Positions 9,814 to 19,922 of a stretch of 64,000 nt of DNA are shown one piece after another. The notes below the pieces were generated by a model, which saw only the letters and a list, made by a program, of their open reading frames with translations, was not told the DNA's origin and did not search any database. Within the stretch, counting starts at the first letter, position 1. Each line of letters starts with the position of its first letter. This DNA comes from Candidatus Faecicola pullistercoris (GTDB lineage: Bacteria; Bacillota; Clostridia; Christensenellales; CAG-917), in the NCBI GenBank assembly GCA_018714105.1, contig DVNW01000004.1, positions 2,738 through 66,737 of the forward strand, given 5' to 3'. The position numbers and the translations under genes are program-made.

Positions 9814-11208
9814 ATGCTGAAAGAATATAAAACCATTAAAGAAGTAGTCGGACCTCTTATGCTTGTTGAGGGCGTACAGGGCGTTAAATACGACGAACTT
9901 GTGGAGATATGTCAGGAAGACGGCGATATCCGCCGCGGAAAAGTGCTGGAAGTCAAAGGCGATTCCGCTCTTGTGCAGCTGTTTGAGCCGTCGCAGGGCA
10001 TAAAAATATCTACTTCGAAGGCCCGTTTCTTAGGACGCAGCATGCAGCTTGCCGTCTCCGAGGAAATGCTGGGCAGAGTATTCGACGGTATGGGCAATCC
10101 GCGCGACGGAGGAGCCCCCGTTATTCCCGAAGCCAAAATGGATATTAACGGCAGGCCCATCAATCCCGCCGCCCGCGATTATCCCAACGAGTTTATACAG
10201 ACCGGTATTTCGGCTATAGACGGGCTTAACACCCTTGTAAGAGGACAGAAACTGCCCGTATTTTCGGCGTCGGGACTTCCGCACTCCGAGCTGGCCGCTC
10301 AGATTGCCCGTCAGGCAAAGGTTTTAAGCAGCGACAGTAAGTTCGCAGTCGTGTTTGCGGCGGTAGGAATTACGTTCGAGGAAGCCGATTTCTTTATTTC
10401 CGATTTCAGAAAAACCGGCGCAATCGAAAGAGCCGTTCTGTTTATCAATCTGGCTAACGACCCCGCAATCGAGCGTATAGCTACGCCGCGTATGGCGCTT
10501 ACCGCGGCCGAATATCTCGCTTTCGAGAAAGGAATGCACGTACTTGTTATTACAACGGATATAACTAACTATGCCGAGGCCCTTCGCGAGGTTTCTGCCG
10601 CGAGAAAGGAAGTCCCCGGCAGAAGAGGTTATCCGGGATATCTCTATACCGACCTTGCCACCATGTACGAAAGGGCGGGCCGAATTATAGGCAAAGAGGG
10701 TTCCATTACCCAAATACCCATTCTTACCATGCCCGAGGACGACAAGACTCATCCCATACCCGACCTTACAGGGTATATTACCGAAGGACAGATTATTCTC
10801 AGCCGCGAGCTGTATAAAAAGGGCTTTATGCCTCCTATCGACGTACTGCCTTCGCTTTCGCGTCTTAAAGATAAAGGTATAGGTAAGAGCAAAACCAGAG
10901 AAGACCACGCCGATACCATGAACCAGCTTTTCGCGGCATATGCCCGAGGCAAAGAGGCCAAAGAGCTGTCGGCCATACTCGGCGACGCCGCTCTTACCGA
11001 AAGCGACAAGAAATTTGCAAAGTTTGCCGAGGAATTTGAAAGGAAATATATTTCGCAAGGATTTCACGCAAACCGCACTATACAGCAAACGCTGGATCTC
11101 GGCTGGGAACTTTTGAAACTTCTGCCCAGGAACGAGCTTAAACGTATCAGGGACGAGTATCTCGACAAATACCTGAAAGCGGACGGGGAGACAGATGACA
11201 AGGCTTAA
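9814..11208 (+). CDS. ntpB: V-type ATPase subunit B
   Basis: [20 protein letters not shown] is followed by the conserved alpha/beta-type core. The ATG at 9814 lies 6 nt after GAAGGAGG, so the TTG at 9784 in the ORF track is probably upstream read-through. Confidence 0.95.
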   Translation: MLKEYKTIKEVVGPLMLVEGVQGVKYDELVEICQEDGDIRRGKVLEVKGDSALVQLFEPSQGIKISTSKARFLGRSMQLAVSEEMLGRVFDGMGNPRDGGAPVIPEAKMDINGRPINPAARDYPNEFIQTGISAIDGLNTLVRGQKLPVFSASGLPHSELAAQIARQAKVLSSDSKFAVVFAAVGITFEEADFFISDFRKTGAIERAVLFINLANDPAIERIATPRMALTAAEYLAFEKGMHVLVITTDITNYAEALREVSAARKEVPGRRGYPGYLYTDLATMYERAGRIIGKEGSITQIPILTMPEDDKTHPIPDLTGYITEGQIILSRELYKKGFMPPIDVLPSLSRLKDKGIGKSKTREDHADTMNQLFAAYARGKEAKELSAILGDAALTESDKKFAKFAEEFERKYISQGFHANRTIQQTLDLGWELLKLLPRNELKRIRDEYLDKYLKADGETDDKA

Positions 11209-11830
11209 CGTAAATCCTACCCGAATGGAGCTCAGGCGGCTTAAAACCCGTCTGAAAACGGCGACCAGAGGCCATAAACTGCTGAAAGACAAATCGGACG
11301 AGATGATAAGGCAGTTTATGGAGTTCGTCAAACAGAACAAGCGTCTTCGCGAAGAAATCGACGACGAGCTTTCGCTTGCTCTTAAAGGGTTTATGCTGGC
11401 GCGTTCGGTTGCCGACGGAGCCGTTATCGAGGAAGCCGTGGCTATGCCCGCGGTAAGCCTTGATATAGAGGCTACCACTAAAAACGTTATGAGCCTTGAC
11501 GTGCCCTCTATAACGGTTAAAAAAGCCGATGTTTCGGATATGTATCCTTATTCGTTCGCGTCGGTAACGGCGGAACTGGACCAATCGATATCCACAATTT
11601 CCGAACTCGTGGAAAAACTTATTCAGCTTGCCGAAATCGAAAAGGTCTGCAATATGCTTGCAGACGAAATCGAAAAGAACAGAAGGCGCGTAAACGCTCT
11701 CGAATACGTAATGATTCCTCAGCTTGAGGAGACTATAAAATATATAACGATGAAACTTGACGAGCAGGAGCGCAGTAACGTAATAAGGCTGATGAAAGTC
11801 AAGTCGATGATCGCGGAAAGGCAAAGTTAA
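11195..11830 (+). CDS. ntpD: V-type ATPase subunit D
   Basis: The N-terminus is [33 protein letters not shown]. The protein is 211 aa and its start overlaps the end of subunit B. Confidence 0.9.
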   Translation: MTRLNVNPTRMELRRLKTRLKTATRGHKLLKDKSDEMIRQFMEFVKQNKRLREEIDDELSLALKGFMLARSVADGAVIEEAVAMPAVSLDIEATTKNVMSLDVPSITVKKADVSDMYPYSFASVTAELDQSISTISELVEKLIQLAEIEKVCNMLADEIEKNRRRVNALEYVMIPQLEETIKYITMKLDEQERSNVIRLMKVKSMIAERQS

Positions 11831-11835
11831 AAAAA

Positions 11836-11856
11836 GCGTACACGGTACGCTTTTTT
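11836..11856. terminator. Bidirectional terminator between the V-ATPase operon and the convergent lipoprotein gene
   Basis: The stem is GCGTAC / GTACGC with loop ACG. It is flanked by an A5 run upstream and a T6 run downstream. Confidence 0.75.
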
Positions 11857-11874
11857 AATTGGGTTTGGAATATT

Positions 11875-12558
11875 TTAATCTTTTTTTGTTAAAATCTCGC
11901 CGTTTTCGGGATTAATCAGTAAGGCGGAGTATTTGTAATCTTCGCCTACAAGCGCAACATACCAGTAATAAGGCGACTCGTGATCAAAACGGTTTCTTAT
12001 AAATTTAACGTAAATTTCCCTGGTCAGCTTACCGCTTTCGTCGGTATTTTCGGCAATCACGTCTTTAAGTTCTGCGGTAGCGATTTTTAAAGCTTCCTGC
12101 CAGTCTATCATGTTTTCCAGGCGGTTTTCGAGCGTAAGCGTCACTTCTTTATCCGCGTATGAAAGAGTTATGGTTTTAAGATTTTCTATAATATCCGAAA
12201 GGTCCGCTTCCGAAGAGAACGAGGCCGACAGTTTATCCTGCTCCAAACTTCCTTCTGCCGTTTTGGTTCCGTCGGTCAATTTGTAATTGACGGGCAGCTT
12301 CAGCGATGAGTTCAGAGGCGTGGCCGAAACTACGTAAAACGTTTGGGTTTCGCCGACCTTGCCGTCGGATCTGAACTCTGACTCTCTGACGCCCGAGTAA
12401 ACCGATACGGCAAAATCCTCGTTTAAAGCGGTATACTGATGAGTCTGATAATAACTGACGTATTCGGAATATTCCGGACCGTCCGGCTTCTTGTTGCAGG
12501 CCGCAAAAACGGATATGGACATAACTGCGCAAACAAACAGGATAATAAACTTTTTCAT
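11875..12558 (-). CDS. Lipoprotein of unknown function with a PepSY-like C-terminus
   Basis: The signal peptide has a lipobox (VFAAC). The C-terminus YYWYVALVGEDYKYSALLINPENGEIL resembles PepSY-type beta hairpins. No family was recognised with confidence. Confidence 0.6.
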   Translation of the reverse strand: MKKFIILFVCAVMSISVFAACNKKPDGPEYSEYVSYYQTHQYTALNEDFAVSVYSGVRESEFRSDGKVGETQTFYVVSATPLNSSLKLPVNYKLTDGTKTAEGSLEQDKLSASFSSEADLSDIIENLKTITLSYADKEVTLTLENRLENMIDWQEALKIATAELKDVIAENTDESGKLTREIYVKFIRNRFDHESPYYWYVALVGEDYKYSALLINPENGEILTKKD

Positions 12559-12611
12559 AATGCCTCCTAAAATATAAAATGCCTTTCAGGCGGCCGATAT
12601 GCAAAAAAATT

Positions 12612-12639
12612 AAAAAAAAGAGGACGGTTGCCCGTCCTC
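12612..12639 (-). terminator. Terminator downstream of the GH3 gene (- strand)
   Basis: The stem GAGGACGG / CCGTCCTC (12620-12639) is followed on the - strand by a T8 run (12612-12619). Confidence 0.75.
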
Positions 12640-12652
12640 GTCGGATTTAAAA

Positions 12653-15076
12653 CTATCTGTTTTTCTTTTTGAATCCGGCAAACAGTTTCCTGTATCCGCC
12701 TTTCTTTTTGTTGAAGATATCTACAAGTCCTTCGATTGACATCATGGACATTATACCGCCCGAGAAACCGCAGAAACTTCTTAAAGGCATATCTTTAATG
12801 GAATTAAGTATCATCGAGCGGTTTTCGGCGTTGCCGGCAACAAGTCCGCCTCCGAACATCATAATGCCTTTCAAAAGTTTTCCGAGAGGAACGATGGCTA
12901 TGTCGGTTATGGTGGAGTTGACCGTAAATTCACCGCGCTTGGGCGCGACGTTTTCGGGCAGTTTGTCACCGAATAATTTCTCGAAATCTTCCTTTGAAAT
13001 ATCTTGAGTATTCTCGTCTACGTAATAGCAGGGGCAAAGGGTGCGGTAATCGGGCAGGGGCTTGTCGCTGTCGGAGGAAAGAATATCTACCGATGCGGTA
13101 AGTTTAATATCGCGGCTGCTTGCGCCTACGAGTATTTCGTATTTTCCGCCGAGTACGTGCCAGTCGGCGATAGCGGTATTGTAGAAAGCGAAACTGCGTT
13201 TTCCGAGTTCTACGGTAACCGTTTTGCTTTCGCCGGCTTTGAGGAATACTTTTTCGAAACCTTTAAGCTCTTTATCCGCCATGAATACTTTGTCTTTGGG
13301 TGCGGATACGTAAACCTGAGCTATTTCCGCGCCGTCGACTTTGCCCGTATTTGTTATCTTAAACGAAACCGAAAGAGTATCGGTATCTTTTATTTTATCG
13401 GCAGACAGTTTGATGTCGGAATACTCGAAAGATGTATACGAAAGCCCGTGACCGAAGGGAAATCTGACCTCTTTCTTTGCGGTGTCGTACCAACGGTAGC
13501 CCACGAAAATGCTTTCGCGGTACTCAACGCTTACGGGACCCATCGAGAAATATTTTTCGGCAAGGCTGTCGTTAAGGCTCTTGGGATAAGTTTCCGCAAG
13601 CTTTCCTGAAGGATTGACTTTGCCGTACAGCAGGTCCACGGTAGCTTCGCCCACGGCGTCGCCTCCGAGATAGGTGTTGAGTACGGATTTAACCTTGGCA
13701 TGCCAGGGCATGGTTACCGGCGAGCCGCCTTGCAATACGACCGCGACGTTCGGGTTTACTTTTAAAACTTCCTCTACGAGCTTGTTGTGTCCGAGGGGCA
13801 GGTCCATATGCGACCTGTCGAAACCTTCGCTTTCGTAAGCGTCGGTGAGGCCTATGACAAGTATGACTTTTTGTTTTTTTGCCGCAAGTTCAACGGCGGC
13901 TTTAAGGAGCTTTTTGTCGTAACCGTCGCCTTTGAGGGTATAACCGTCGGCGTATTCGTATTTCAGGCCGGCGGCGTCCATAGCCGAAACTATGTTCACG
14001 AGATTATAGGGATTGATGCGGCTGCTTCCCGAACCCTGATATCTGACGTGTTTGGCAAGTTTTCCTATTAAGGCAACGTCGTCGCTGTCGGACAAGGGCA
14101 GGAAAGAGTCCTCGTTTTTGAGCAGAACGGAGCTCTCGGCCGCAGCCTTTCTTGCAAAATCGTGATGGGCTTTATAGTCGCATTTGTAGCTTTCGTCTTT
14201 GTTGTTGTTACATTCGACTAAATATTTAAGCATGCGTTCGCAAACCGCGTCAAGCTCGGCTTCGGTAACAGTGCCGTCGGCAACCGCTTTAACTATTTTG
14301 CGGTCGTTGATGCCGCCGTTGCCCGGCATTTCAAGATCCATGCCGGCTTTGATGCCTGCAATACGGTCGTTCACCGCGCCCCAGTCGGAGACAACGATTC
14401 CTTCAAATCCCCACTCATTTCGCAAAATATCGGTTAAAAAGCGTTTGTTGTCGGATAAATATGTACCGTTAAGTTTATTGTAGGAACACATTATCTGCTG
14501 AGGTTGTGCGCGTTTGACGGTGTTTTCAAAAGCAGGAAGATAAATTTCACGCAATGCTCTTTCATCGATTTTACTGTCGATGGACATGCGTATATGTTCC
14601 TGATTGTTGCCGCAGTAGTGTTTGAGCGAAGTACCTACGTTCTGACTCTGTGCGCCTTGCACGTAGGAGGTGGAAAGCTCGCCCGCGAGAAAAGGGTCTT
14701 CGGAAAAGTACTCGAAGTTTCTGCCGCAGAGGTGAGAGCGCTTTATGTTGGTGCCCGGACCTAACACGGTGCTTACGCCCTGGTCCTTGGCTTCCTGAGC
14801 GATATTTTTACCGATTTCGTAAAGAAGGTTTCTGTCCCATGAGCTTGCGGAAGTAACCGCAGTGGGGAAGCAGGTAGAGGGTGCGGAGCCTTTCATTACG
14901 TTCACGCCGCCGCCGCTTTCCACTTCGCGCCTGAGTCCGTGAGGACCGTCGGTCATCATGACGGACGGCAATCCGAGTTTCTCTACAGGCTTTGTAAGCC
15001 AGAAGGTCAGACCTGAACACAGCGAAGCTTTTTCTTCTATGCTCAATTTTGACAACATGGTTTTTATGTCTTCCAT
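12653..15076 (-). CDS. Glycoside hydrolase family 3 beta-glucosidase (BglX-like, with a C-terminal Fn3-like domain and extension)
   Basis: The 807-aa protein contains MMTDGPHGLR and the nucleophile motif GIVVSDWGA. The domain order matches clostridial GH3 enzymes. Confidence 0.9.
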   Translation of the reverse strand: MEDIKTMLSKLSIEEKASLCSGLTFWLTKPVEKLGLPSVMMTDGPHGLRREVESGGGVNVMKGSAPSTCFPTAVTSASSWDRNLLYEIGKNIAQEAKDQGVSTVLGPGTNIKRSHLCGRNFEYFSEDPFLAGELSTSYVQGAQSQNVGTSLKHYCGNNQEHIRMSIDSKIDERALREIYLPAFENTVKRAQPQQIMCSYNKLNGTYLSDNKRFLTDILRNEWGFEGIVVSDWGAVNDRIAGIKAGMDLEMPGNGGINDRKIVKAVADGTVTEAELDAVCERMLKYLVECNNNKDESYKCDYKAHHDFARKAAAESSVLLKNEDSFLPLSDSDDVALIGKLAKHVRYQGSGSSRINPYNLVNIVSAMDAAGLKYEYADGYTLKGDGYDKKLLKAAVELAAKKQKVILVIGLTDAYESEGFDRSHMDLPLGHNKLVEEVLKVNPNVAVVLQGGSPVTMPWHAKVKSVLNTYLGGDAVGEATVDLLYGKVNPSGKLAETYPKSLNDSLAEKYFSMGPVSVEYRESIFVGYRWYDTAKKEVRFPFGHGLSYTSFEYSDIKLSADKIKDTDTLSVSFKITNTGKVDGAEIAQVYVSAPKDKVFMADKELKGFEKVFLKAGESKTVTVELGKRSFAFYNTAIADWHVLGGKYEILVGASSRDIKLTASVDILSSDSDKPLPDYRTLCPCYYVDENTQDISKEDFEKLFGDKLPENVAPKRGEFTVNSTITDIAIVPLGKLLKGIMMFGGGLVAGNAENRSMILNSIKDMPLRSFCGFSGGIMSMMSIEGLVDIFNKKKGGYRKLFAGFKKKNR

Positions 15077-15109
15077 AAATCCTCCGTAAAATGTTACGAT
15101 ATTGTTTAT

Positions 15110-15138
15110 ATTTTATCATAGTAAACCTTTTTTAGCAA
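15110..15138 (-). promoter_or_regulatory. Candidate promoter of the GH3 gene
   Basis: On the - strand: TTGCTA, a 17-nt spacer, then TGaTAAAAT. A leader ending in GGAGG follows, 4 nt before the ATG. Confidence 0.45.
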
Positions 15139-15251
15139 GCCAACGCGAACGGTAAACTGTATTTATTGTATAATTAAGGTAATTTTATGTTGTTTTCGGT
15201 ACAAGTCGCAAAGGGCGTCGCGTTAAATGCGATTTTGCCATAGCGATTTTG

Positions 15252-15280
15252 TTTACACTTTTTAAAATAAGTGATATAAT
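15252..15280 (+). promoter_or_regulatory. Promoter of pgsA
   Basis: TTTACA (15252-15257), a 17-nt spacer, then an extended -10 TGaTATAAT (15272-15280). Confidence 0.55.
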
Positions 15281-15310
15281 ATTTTTACTATTTGTTTGGA
15301 GAGTCGACCT

Positions 15311-16054
15311 ATGGATAACGAAAACCGTTCCGCCCTGACCGAGAATGAGGAAAGCAGTCTGCCCGAAGCCAAAAAAACAAGTAAATACGCCCTGAAAAAG
15401 GAAGAGATTTTTCTTATTCCTAATCTTATAACTTATTTCAGGATGATATGTATACCTGTTTTTGTCGTGCTTTGCCTCATGTCCAAAAACAATCCTCCGC
15501 TTATATACTGGTCGTTAGGCGTGTTCGCCGTGGCCGCGGTGTCCGACCTTATAGACGGCAAGATCGCGCGCAAATTCAATATGGTTTCCAATATCGGCAA
15601 GGTTTTCGATCCGCTTGCCGACAAACTCATGCATATATGCGTGTTGATATGCCTTACGGTAATCGGTTACGCGCCCTGGTATTTCATTGCTTTTATCTGC
15701 CTTAAAGAGCTCGTAATGGTCAGCCTTTCGCCCGTATTCGTAAAGAAAAACATAATTATTCCCGCGGTTATGGCCGGTAAAGTCGCGTCGGCAGAGATAA
15801 GTTTTGCCGTTGTAGCCGCTTTCTTCCATGCTCTGTTCGTAGAGCACGGTATTTACGTCGGCAACGCCACTTTTACGCCTGATTGGTTCCTTCTGCTGGT
15901 AGGGTGTATACTTGCGGGGTACGCTGCGGGCACTTATATTTATATAGCGCATAATAAACTCAAAGAATTCAACAGACGGTTCAGCGCCGGCGAAATCGAC
16001 AAGTACGGCAGAGAAATTGCCGCGGACGTCGCAAGCGATACCGAGGCGGAATAA
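15311..16054 (+). CDS. pgsA: CDP-diacylglycerol--glycerol-3-phosphate 3-phosphatidyltransferase
   Basis: The CDP-alcohol phosphatidyltransferase motif is present: DLIDGKIARKFNMVSNIGKVFDPLADK. I prefer the ATG at 15311, which has a GGAGA Shine-Dalgarno, over the TTG at 15296. Confidence 0.85.
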   Translation: MDNENRSALTENEESSLPEAKKTSKYALKKEEIFLIPNLITYFRMICIPVFVVLCLMSKNNPPLIYWSLGVFAVAAVSDLIDGKIARKFNMVSNIGKVFDPLADKLMHICVLICLTVIGYAPWYFIAFICLKELVMVSLSPVFVKKNIIIPAVMAGKVASAEISFAVVAAFFHALFVEHGIYVGNATFTPDWFLLLVGCILAGYAAGTYIYIAHNKLKEFNRRFSAGEIDKYGREIAADVASDTEAE

Positions 16055-16272
16055 TGTCTTTCGTTGCGACCGCGTCCGATATATCGCTGTGGTTCCGGAC
16101 GCCTGCCAACATAGCGGGATTGTCGCTTGCCGTTGTCGGATTTGCAGTCATGATTGCTTCGCGTCCCGTCGGGAAAAAAATAAGCGGTACAAAATCAGGC
16201 CGTGCGGAAACGATTATGAAAGTCGCCGGCTGGCTGACCGTAATAATCGGCGCAGTTCTCACCGCAATTTAG
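16054..16272 (+). CDS. Small two-helix membrane protein, unknown function
   Basis: The 72-aa ORF has two hydrophobic segments. Its ATG overlaps the pgsA stop (TAATG). There is no family assignment. Confidence 0.4.
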   Translation: MSFVATASDISLWFRTPANIAGLSLAVVGFAVMIASRPVGKKISGTKSGRAETIMKVAGWLTVIIGAVLTAI

Positions 16273-16282
16273 GAGTACGTTT

Positions 16283-18904
16283 ATGGAAATGTCAAAAACC
16301 TATCAGCCAAAAGAATTCGAACAGAAACTTTACGATTTCTGGTGCGAAAACAAATATTTCGAGGCTCATCCCAATCCGGATAAAGAGCCTTTTACCATTG
16401 TTATGCCTCCGCCGAACATTACGGGGCAGCTTCACATGGGACATGCCCTCAACAATACGGTGCAGGATATTATCATAAGGTTCCAACGGATGTCCGGATA
16501 CGAAGCTCTCTGGCTTCCCGGTACCGATCACGCTTCCATTGCTACCGAAGTAAAGATAGTCGAAAAATTAAAAAGCGAGGGAATCGACAAGCGCGAACTG
16601 GGCAGGGAAGGTTTTCTCAAGCGCGCTTGGGAATGGAAAAAGCAGTACGGCGGCACCATAGTCAATCAGCAGAAGAGGTTGGGTACGAGCTGCGATTGGA
16701 GTAAAGAAGCCTTCACTATGGACGACAACCTTTCAAGGGCCGTTCTGGACGTGTTTATCAAGCTTTATAACAAAGGCCTGATTTATCGCGGAGACAGGAT
16801 AATAAACTGGTGTCCGTGCTGTAAGACGGCTCTGTCGGACGCCGAAGTCGAATACAGCGAAAAAGACAGTTTCCTTTGGTATTTCAAATATCCCGTAAAG
16901 GACAGCGACAGATTTTTGGAAATAGCCACCACGCGTCCCGAAACCATGCTGGGCGATACCGCGGTTGCCGTAAACCCCAAAGACGATAAATTTAAGGATT
17001 TGGTTGGAAAGACGCTGGTTCTGCCGCTTGTGGGCCGTGAAATTCCCGTCGTAGCCGACGATTACGTCGAAATAGGTTTCGGTACGGGCGCGGTAAAAAT
17101 TACTCCCGCTCACGACCCCAACGATTTCGAAGTGGGGCTCAGGCATAACCTGGAAGTTATCAGAGTCATGGACGACGCCGGCGTAATGAACGAAAACGCG
17201 GGCAAATACTGCGGTCTCGGACGCGACGACGCGCGCAGAATAATAGTCGAAGATATGCAGAAACTGGGGCTTGTAAGCAAAATCGAACCCTATAAACACA
17301 ATGTGGGAGAGTGCTACCGCTGCAAGAGCGTAGTCGAACCAATCGTTTCCAAGCAGTGGTTTGTCAGAATGAAACCGCTTGCCGAGCCGGCCATAAAAGC
17401 TGTCAAAAGCAAAAAAATCGTATTCATACCGCAGAAGTTCGAAAAGACTTATTTTAACTGGATGGAGAACATCAGAGACTGGTGTATTTCGCGTCAGCTC
17501 TGGTGGGGACACAGGATACCCGCTTATTATTGCGACGACTGCGGCGAAACCGTCGTAAGCGCGGCAAAACCCGATAAATGCCCCAAGTGCGGAGGAACTT
17601 CGTTCAGACAGGACGAAGACGTTCTCGATACGTGGTTTTCGTCGGCGCTATGGCCTTTCTCCACGTTGGGATATCCCAAAAAGACCAAGGATCTGCAGTA
17701 TTTTTATCCCACAAGCGTGCTTGTAACCGCTTACGACATTATTACTTTCTGGGTTTCCAGAATGATTTTCAGCGGTATCGAATTCACGGGGGAGGTTCCG
17801 TTCTCCGAGGTTCTCATACACGGCATCGTTAGGGACTCGCAAGGCAGAAAAATGAGTAAATCGCTGGGTAACGGCGTGGATCCTCTTAAAGTTATCGACC
17901 AATTCGGCGCGGATACTCTGAGGTTCTCGCTGGCTACGGGCATCGCTCCCGGAAGCGACACGAGGTATTCCGAAGAAAAGATGGAATTCTGCCGCAACTT
18001 TATGAACAAAATCTGGAATGCAAGCCGCTTCCTTATTATGAATATGGAAGGCAAGGAGCTTAAAGACATTTCGGAAATGCGCCTGTCACCGGTGGATAAA
18101 TGGATTTTATCAAAACTCAACAACCTTATTAAAGAGGTAACCATTAATCTTAACAAGTACGAAATAGGCCTGGCCGCTCAGAAACTTTACGATTTCGTAT
18201 GGAGCGACTTCTGCGACTGGTACATCGAAGCGGTCAAACCCATGCTTTACGGCACCTCGGATAAACTTAAAGTGCACGCGCTCAGCGTACTCAATTACGT
18301 TCTGGACAACGCGCTTAAACTTCTGCATCCCTTCGTCCCGTTTATAACGGAAGAGATTTACTCGTATCTCAACCCGGGCAAAGCGCTGATTGTGGCGGAA
18401 TGGCCCGCGTACAATAAAAAATTCTCCTACAAAAAGGACGCCGCGGTATTTGAAGGAATAATGAGCATGGTCAAGGCCGTAAGAAACATACGCGCCGAAA
18501 TGAACGTAATACCCTCAAAGCGCATTACCTTGCTGATGAAAGTCAACAAAGAGCAGGCCGCTATCGAGCGCAGCGTTTCTCTGATAGAAAAACTTTCGGG
18601 CGCGTCTTCCGTCGAGTTTGTAACATGCAAACCCGAAGACGTCAAAGTTACGTCGGCCGTAACCGATTATGCCGAAATATTCATACCTTTGGGCGAACTG
18701 GTAGACTTCGAAAAAGAAGTAGCCCGTCTTGAAAAAGAGCTTAAAAACACCGAAAGCGAAATTGCCAGGGCGCAGGGTATGCTGGCGAATAAGAATTTCG
18801 TTCAGCGCGCCCCGAAGGCTCTTATAGACAAAGAAAAGGAAAAGCTTGAAAAGTTTAACGGACTCAGGGAAAAAATACTTGCGCAGATAAACAATCTGAA
18901 ATAA
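16283..18904 (+). CDS. valS: Valine--tRNA ligase
   Basis: The 873-aa protein has the HIGH-type motif PNITGQLHMGHA, the KMSKS motif and a C-terminal coiled coil. Confidence 0.97.
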   Translation: MEMSKTYQPKEFEQKLYDFWCENKYFEAHPNPDKEPFTIVMPPPNITGQLHMGHALNNTVQDIIIRFQRMSGYEALWLPGTDHASIATEVKIVEKLKSEGIDKRELGREGFLKRAWEWKKQYGGTIVNQQKRLGTSCDWSKEAFTMDDNLSRAVLDVFIKLYNKGLIYRGDRIINWCPCCKTALSDAEVEYSEKDSFLWYFKYPVKDSDRFLEIATTRPETMLGDTAVAVNPKDDKFKDLVGKTLVLPLVGREIPVVADDYVEIGFGTGAVKITPAHDPNDFEVGLRHNLEVIRVMDDAGVMNENAGKYCGLGRDDARRIIVEDMQKLGLVSKIEPYKHNVGECYRCKSVVEPIVSKQWFVRMKPLAEPAIKAVKSKKIVFIPQKFEKTYFNWMENIRDWCISRQLWWGHRIPAYYCDDCGETVVSAAKPDKCPKCGGTSFRQDEDVLDTWFSSALWPFSTLGYPKKTKDLQYFYPTSVLVTAYDIITFWVSRMIFSGIEFTGEVPFSEVLIHGIVRDSQGRKMSKSLGNGVDPLKVIDQFGADTLRFSLATGIAPGSDTRYSEEKMEFCRNFMNKIWNASRFLIMNMEGKELKDISEMRLSPVDKWILSKLNNLIKEVTINLNKYEIGLAAQKLYDFVWSDFCDWYIEAVKPMLYGTSDKLKVHALSVLNYVLDNALKLLHPFVPFITEEIYSYLNPGKALIVAEWPAYNKKFSYKKDAAVFEGIMSMVKAVRNIRAEMNVIPSKRITLLMKVNKEQAAIERSVSLIEKLSGASSVEFVTCKPEDVKVTSAVTDYAEIFIPLGELVDFEKEVARLEKELKNTESEIARAQGMLANKNFVQRAPKALIDKEKEKLEKFNGLREKILAQINNLK

Positions 18905-18919
18905 CCATAAATGTTAAAA

Positions 18920-18945
18920 AGGCCGCAAAATCAGCGGTCTTTTTA
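18920..18945 (+). terminator. Terminator after valS
   Basis: The stem AGGCCGC / GCGGTCT (one G-U pair) is followed by TTTTT. Confidence 0.65.
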
Positions 18946-18989
18946 AATTTCAAGGAAAAGTATTATAAATTATCGGCTAAAATTAAGTA

Positions 18990-19847
18990 CTAAAATTCAG
19001 GAACGAATCTTTCGCCCGTTGATGAAATGTCTTGAAGATATCCTTCGGTAATGCCGAGTTTTCGCGCTTCGGCAAGCACCTTTTTGTATTCGAGCGGTTT
19101 AAGCGGACGGTCGATTTCGGGATAACCCGAGGTATTGAACGGGGTATATTGCGCCATGAGCGAGAACATGGCGTTTTCTTTAAAGCGTTCGGAAAATATG
19201 CGGACTACTCCTATACTGTTATAGAGGTGCGACGGCAGAACCAGATGCCTTACAATCACTCCGCGTTTTATGAGCCCGTCGGTTATTTCGACGGACGGAA
19301 CCTGCCGTATCATTTCGCTTATCGCGGCGGTAGCCGCCGAAAGGTAAGAGCGAGCGCCCGACAGTTTTAAAGCCAGGCGGTCGTCCGAATATTTGAAATC
19401 GGGCAGATATACGTCTACTTTGCCTTCCAGCATTTTCAGGCTGCAGGGAAGTTCGTAGCCGCTGCTGTTCCATACGACGGGGATACGGGGTTTGTATATT
19501 TCGAGGGCCTCGGCTATATCGGGAATGAACGGAGTGCCCGATACCAGATTCACGTTATGAGCGCCTTCGTCCTCTATGCGCCTGAACAGGTCGGCAAGTT
19601 CGGCCGGCGTATAAGTTTTGCCTTCGTTCGAACGGCTTATTTTATAATTCTGACAGAACACGCATTTTAACGTGCACCCCGTGAAAAAGACGGCTCCGCT
19701 GCCTTTGGTGCCGCTTATTACGGGCTCTTCCCATTTATGTAGCATGGTATGCGATATCTGTATATCGGCGGGCAGGCGGCATACTCCCGAGCGGCCGTTC
19801 CTTACCGTATCGCACATATTAGGACATATTTTGCACTTTATTTCCAT
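18990..19847 (-). CDS. Radical SAM protein, PflX-like (putative glycyl-radical activating family)
   Basis: The CX3CX2C motif GCTLKCVFCQN is present. An N-terminal Cys cluster (CKICPNMC) is also present. The protein is 285 aa. Confidence 0.75.
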   Translation of the reverse strand: MEIKCKICPNMCDTVRNGRSGVCRLPADIQISHTMLHKWEEPVISGTKGSGAVFFTGCTLKCVFCQNYKISRSNEGKTYTPAELADLFRRIEDEGAHNVNLVSGTPFIPDIAEALEIYKPRIPVVWNSSGYELPCSLKMLEGKVDVYLPDFKYSDDRLALKLSGARSYLSAATAAISEMIRQVPSVEITDGLIKRGVIVRHLVLPSHLYNSIGVVRIFSERFKENAMFSLMAQYTPFNTSGYPEIDRPLKPLEYKKVLAEARKLGITEGYLQDISSTGERFVPEF

Positions 19848-19856
19848 ATTAAAAAC

Positions 19857-19885
19857 TTGCCTAAATCATTTTCGTATATTATAAT
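19857..19885 (+). promoter_or_regulatory. Promoter of the tandem membrane-protein genes
   Basis: TTGCCT (19857-19862), a 17-nt spacer, then TATAAT (19880-19885). Confidence 0.5.
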
Positions 19886-19922
19886 ATAAAAATAAAGTAA
19901 AATCAATTGCAGAGGTAGTCGT

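Noticed and set aside
10324-11478. A 384-aa ORF on the - strand, antisense to ntpB and ntpD.
   Set aside because: The reasoning is the same: it is a shadow ORF opposite highly conserved V-ATPase genes with no independent signals. The same applies to 5354-6286, 1100-1915, 16733-17512, 24193-24981, 25583-26227, 34180-34935, 39142-39843, 42082-42723, 53077-54027 and 57658-58320.
12620-12639. A hairpin stem (AGGACGG / CCGTCCT) identical to the one at 35291-35308, which could suggest a REP-like repeat family.
   Set aside because: There are only two copies, the loops differ, and both sit exactly where intrinsic terminators are expected, with flanking A/T runs. They are better explained as ordinary terminators.
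16055-16282. A possible T-box leader upstream of valS.
   Set aside because: The space is only about 230 nt and is occupied by a small ORF that overlaps the pgsA stop. I saw no specifier loop, no T-box sequence (AGGGTGGTACCGCG type) and no terminator.
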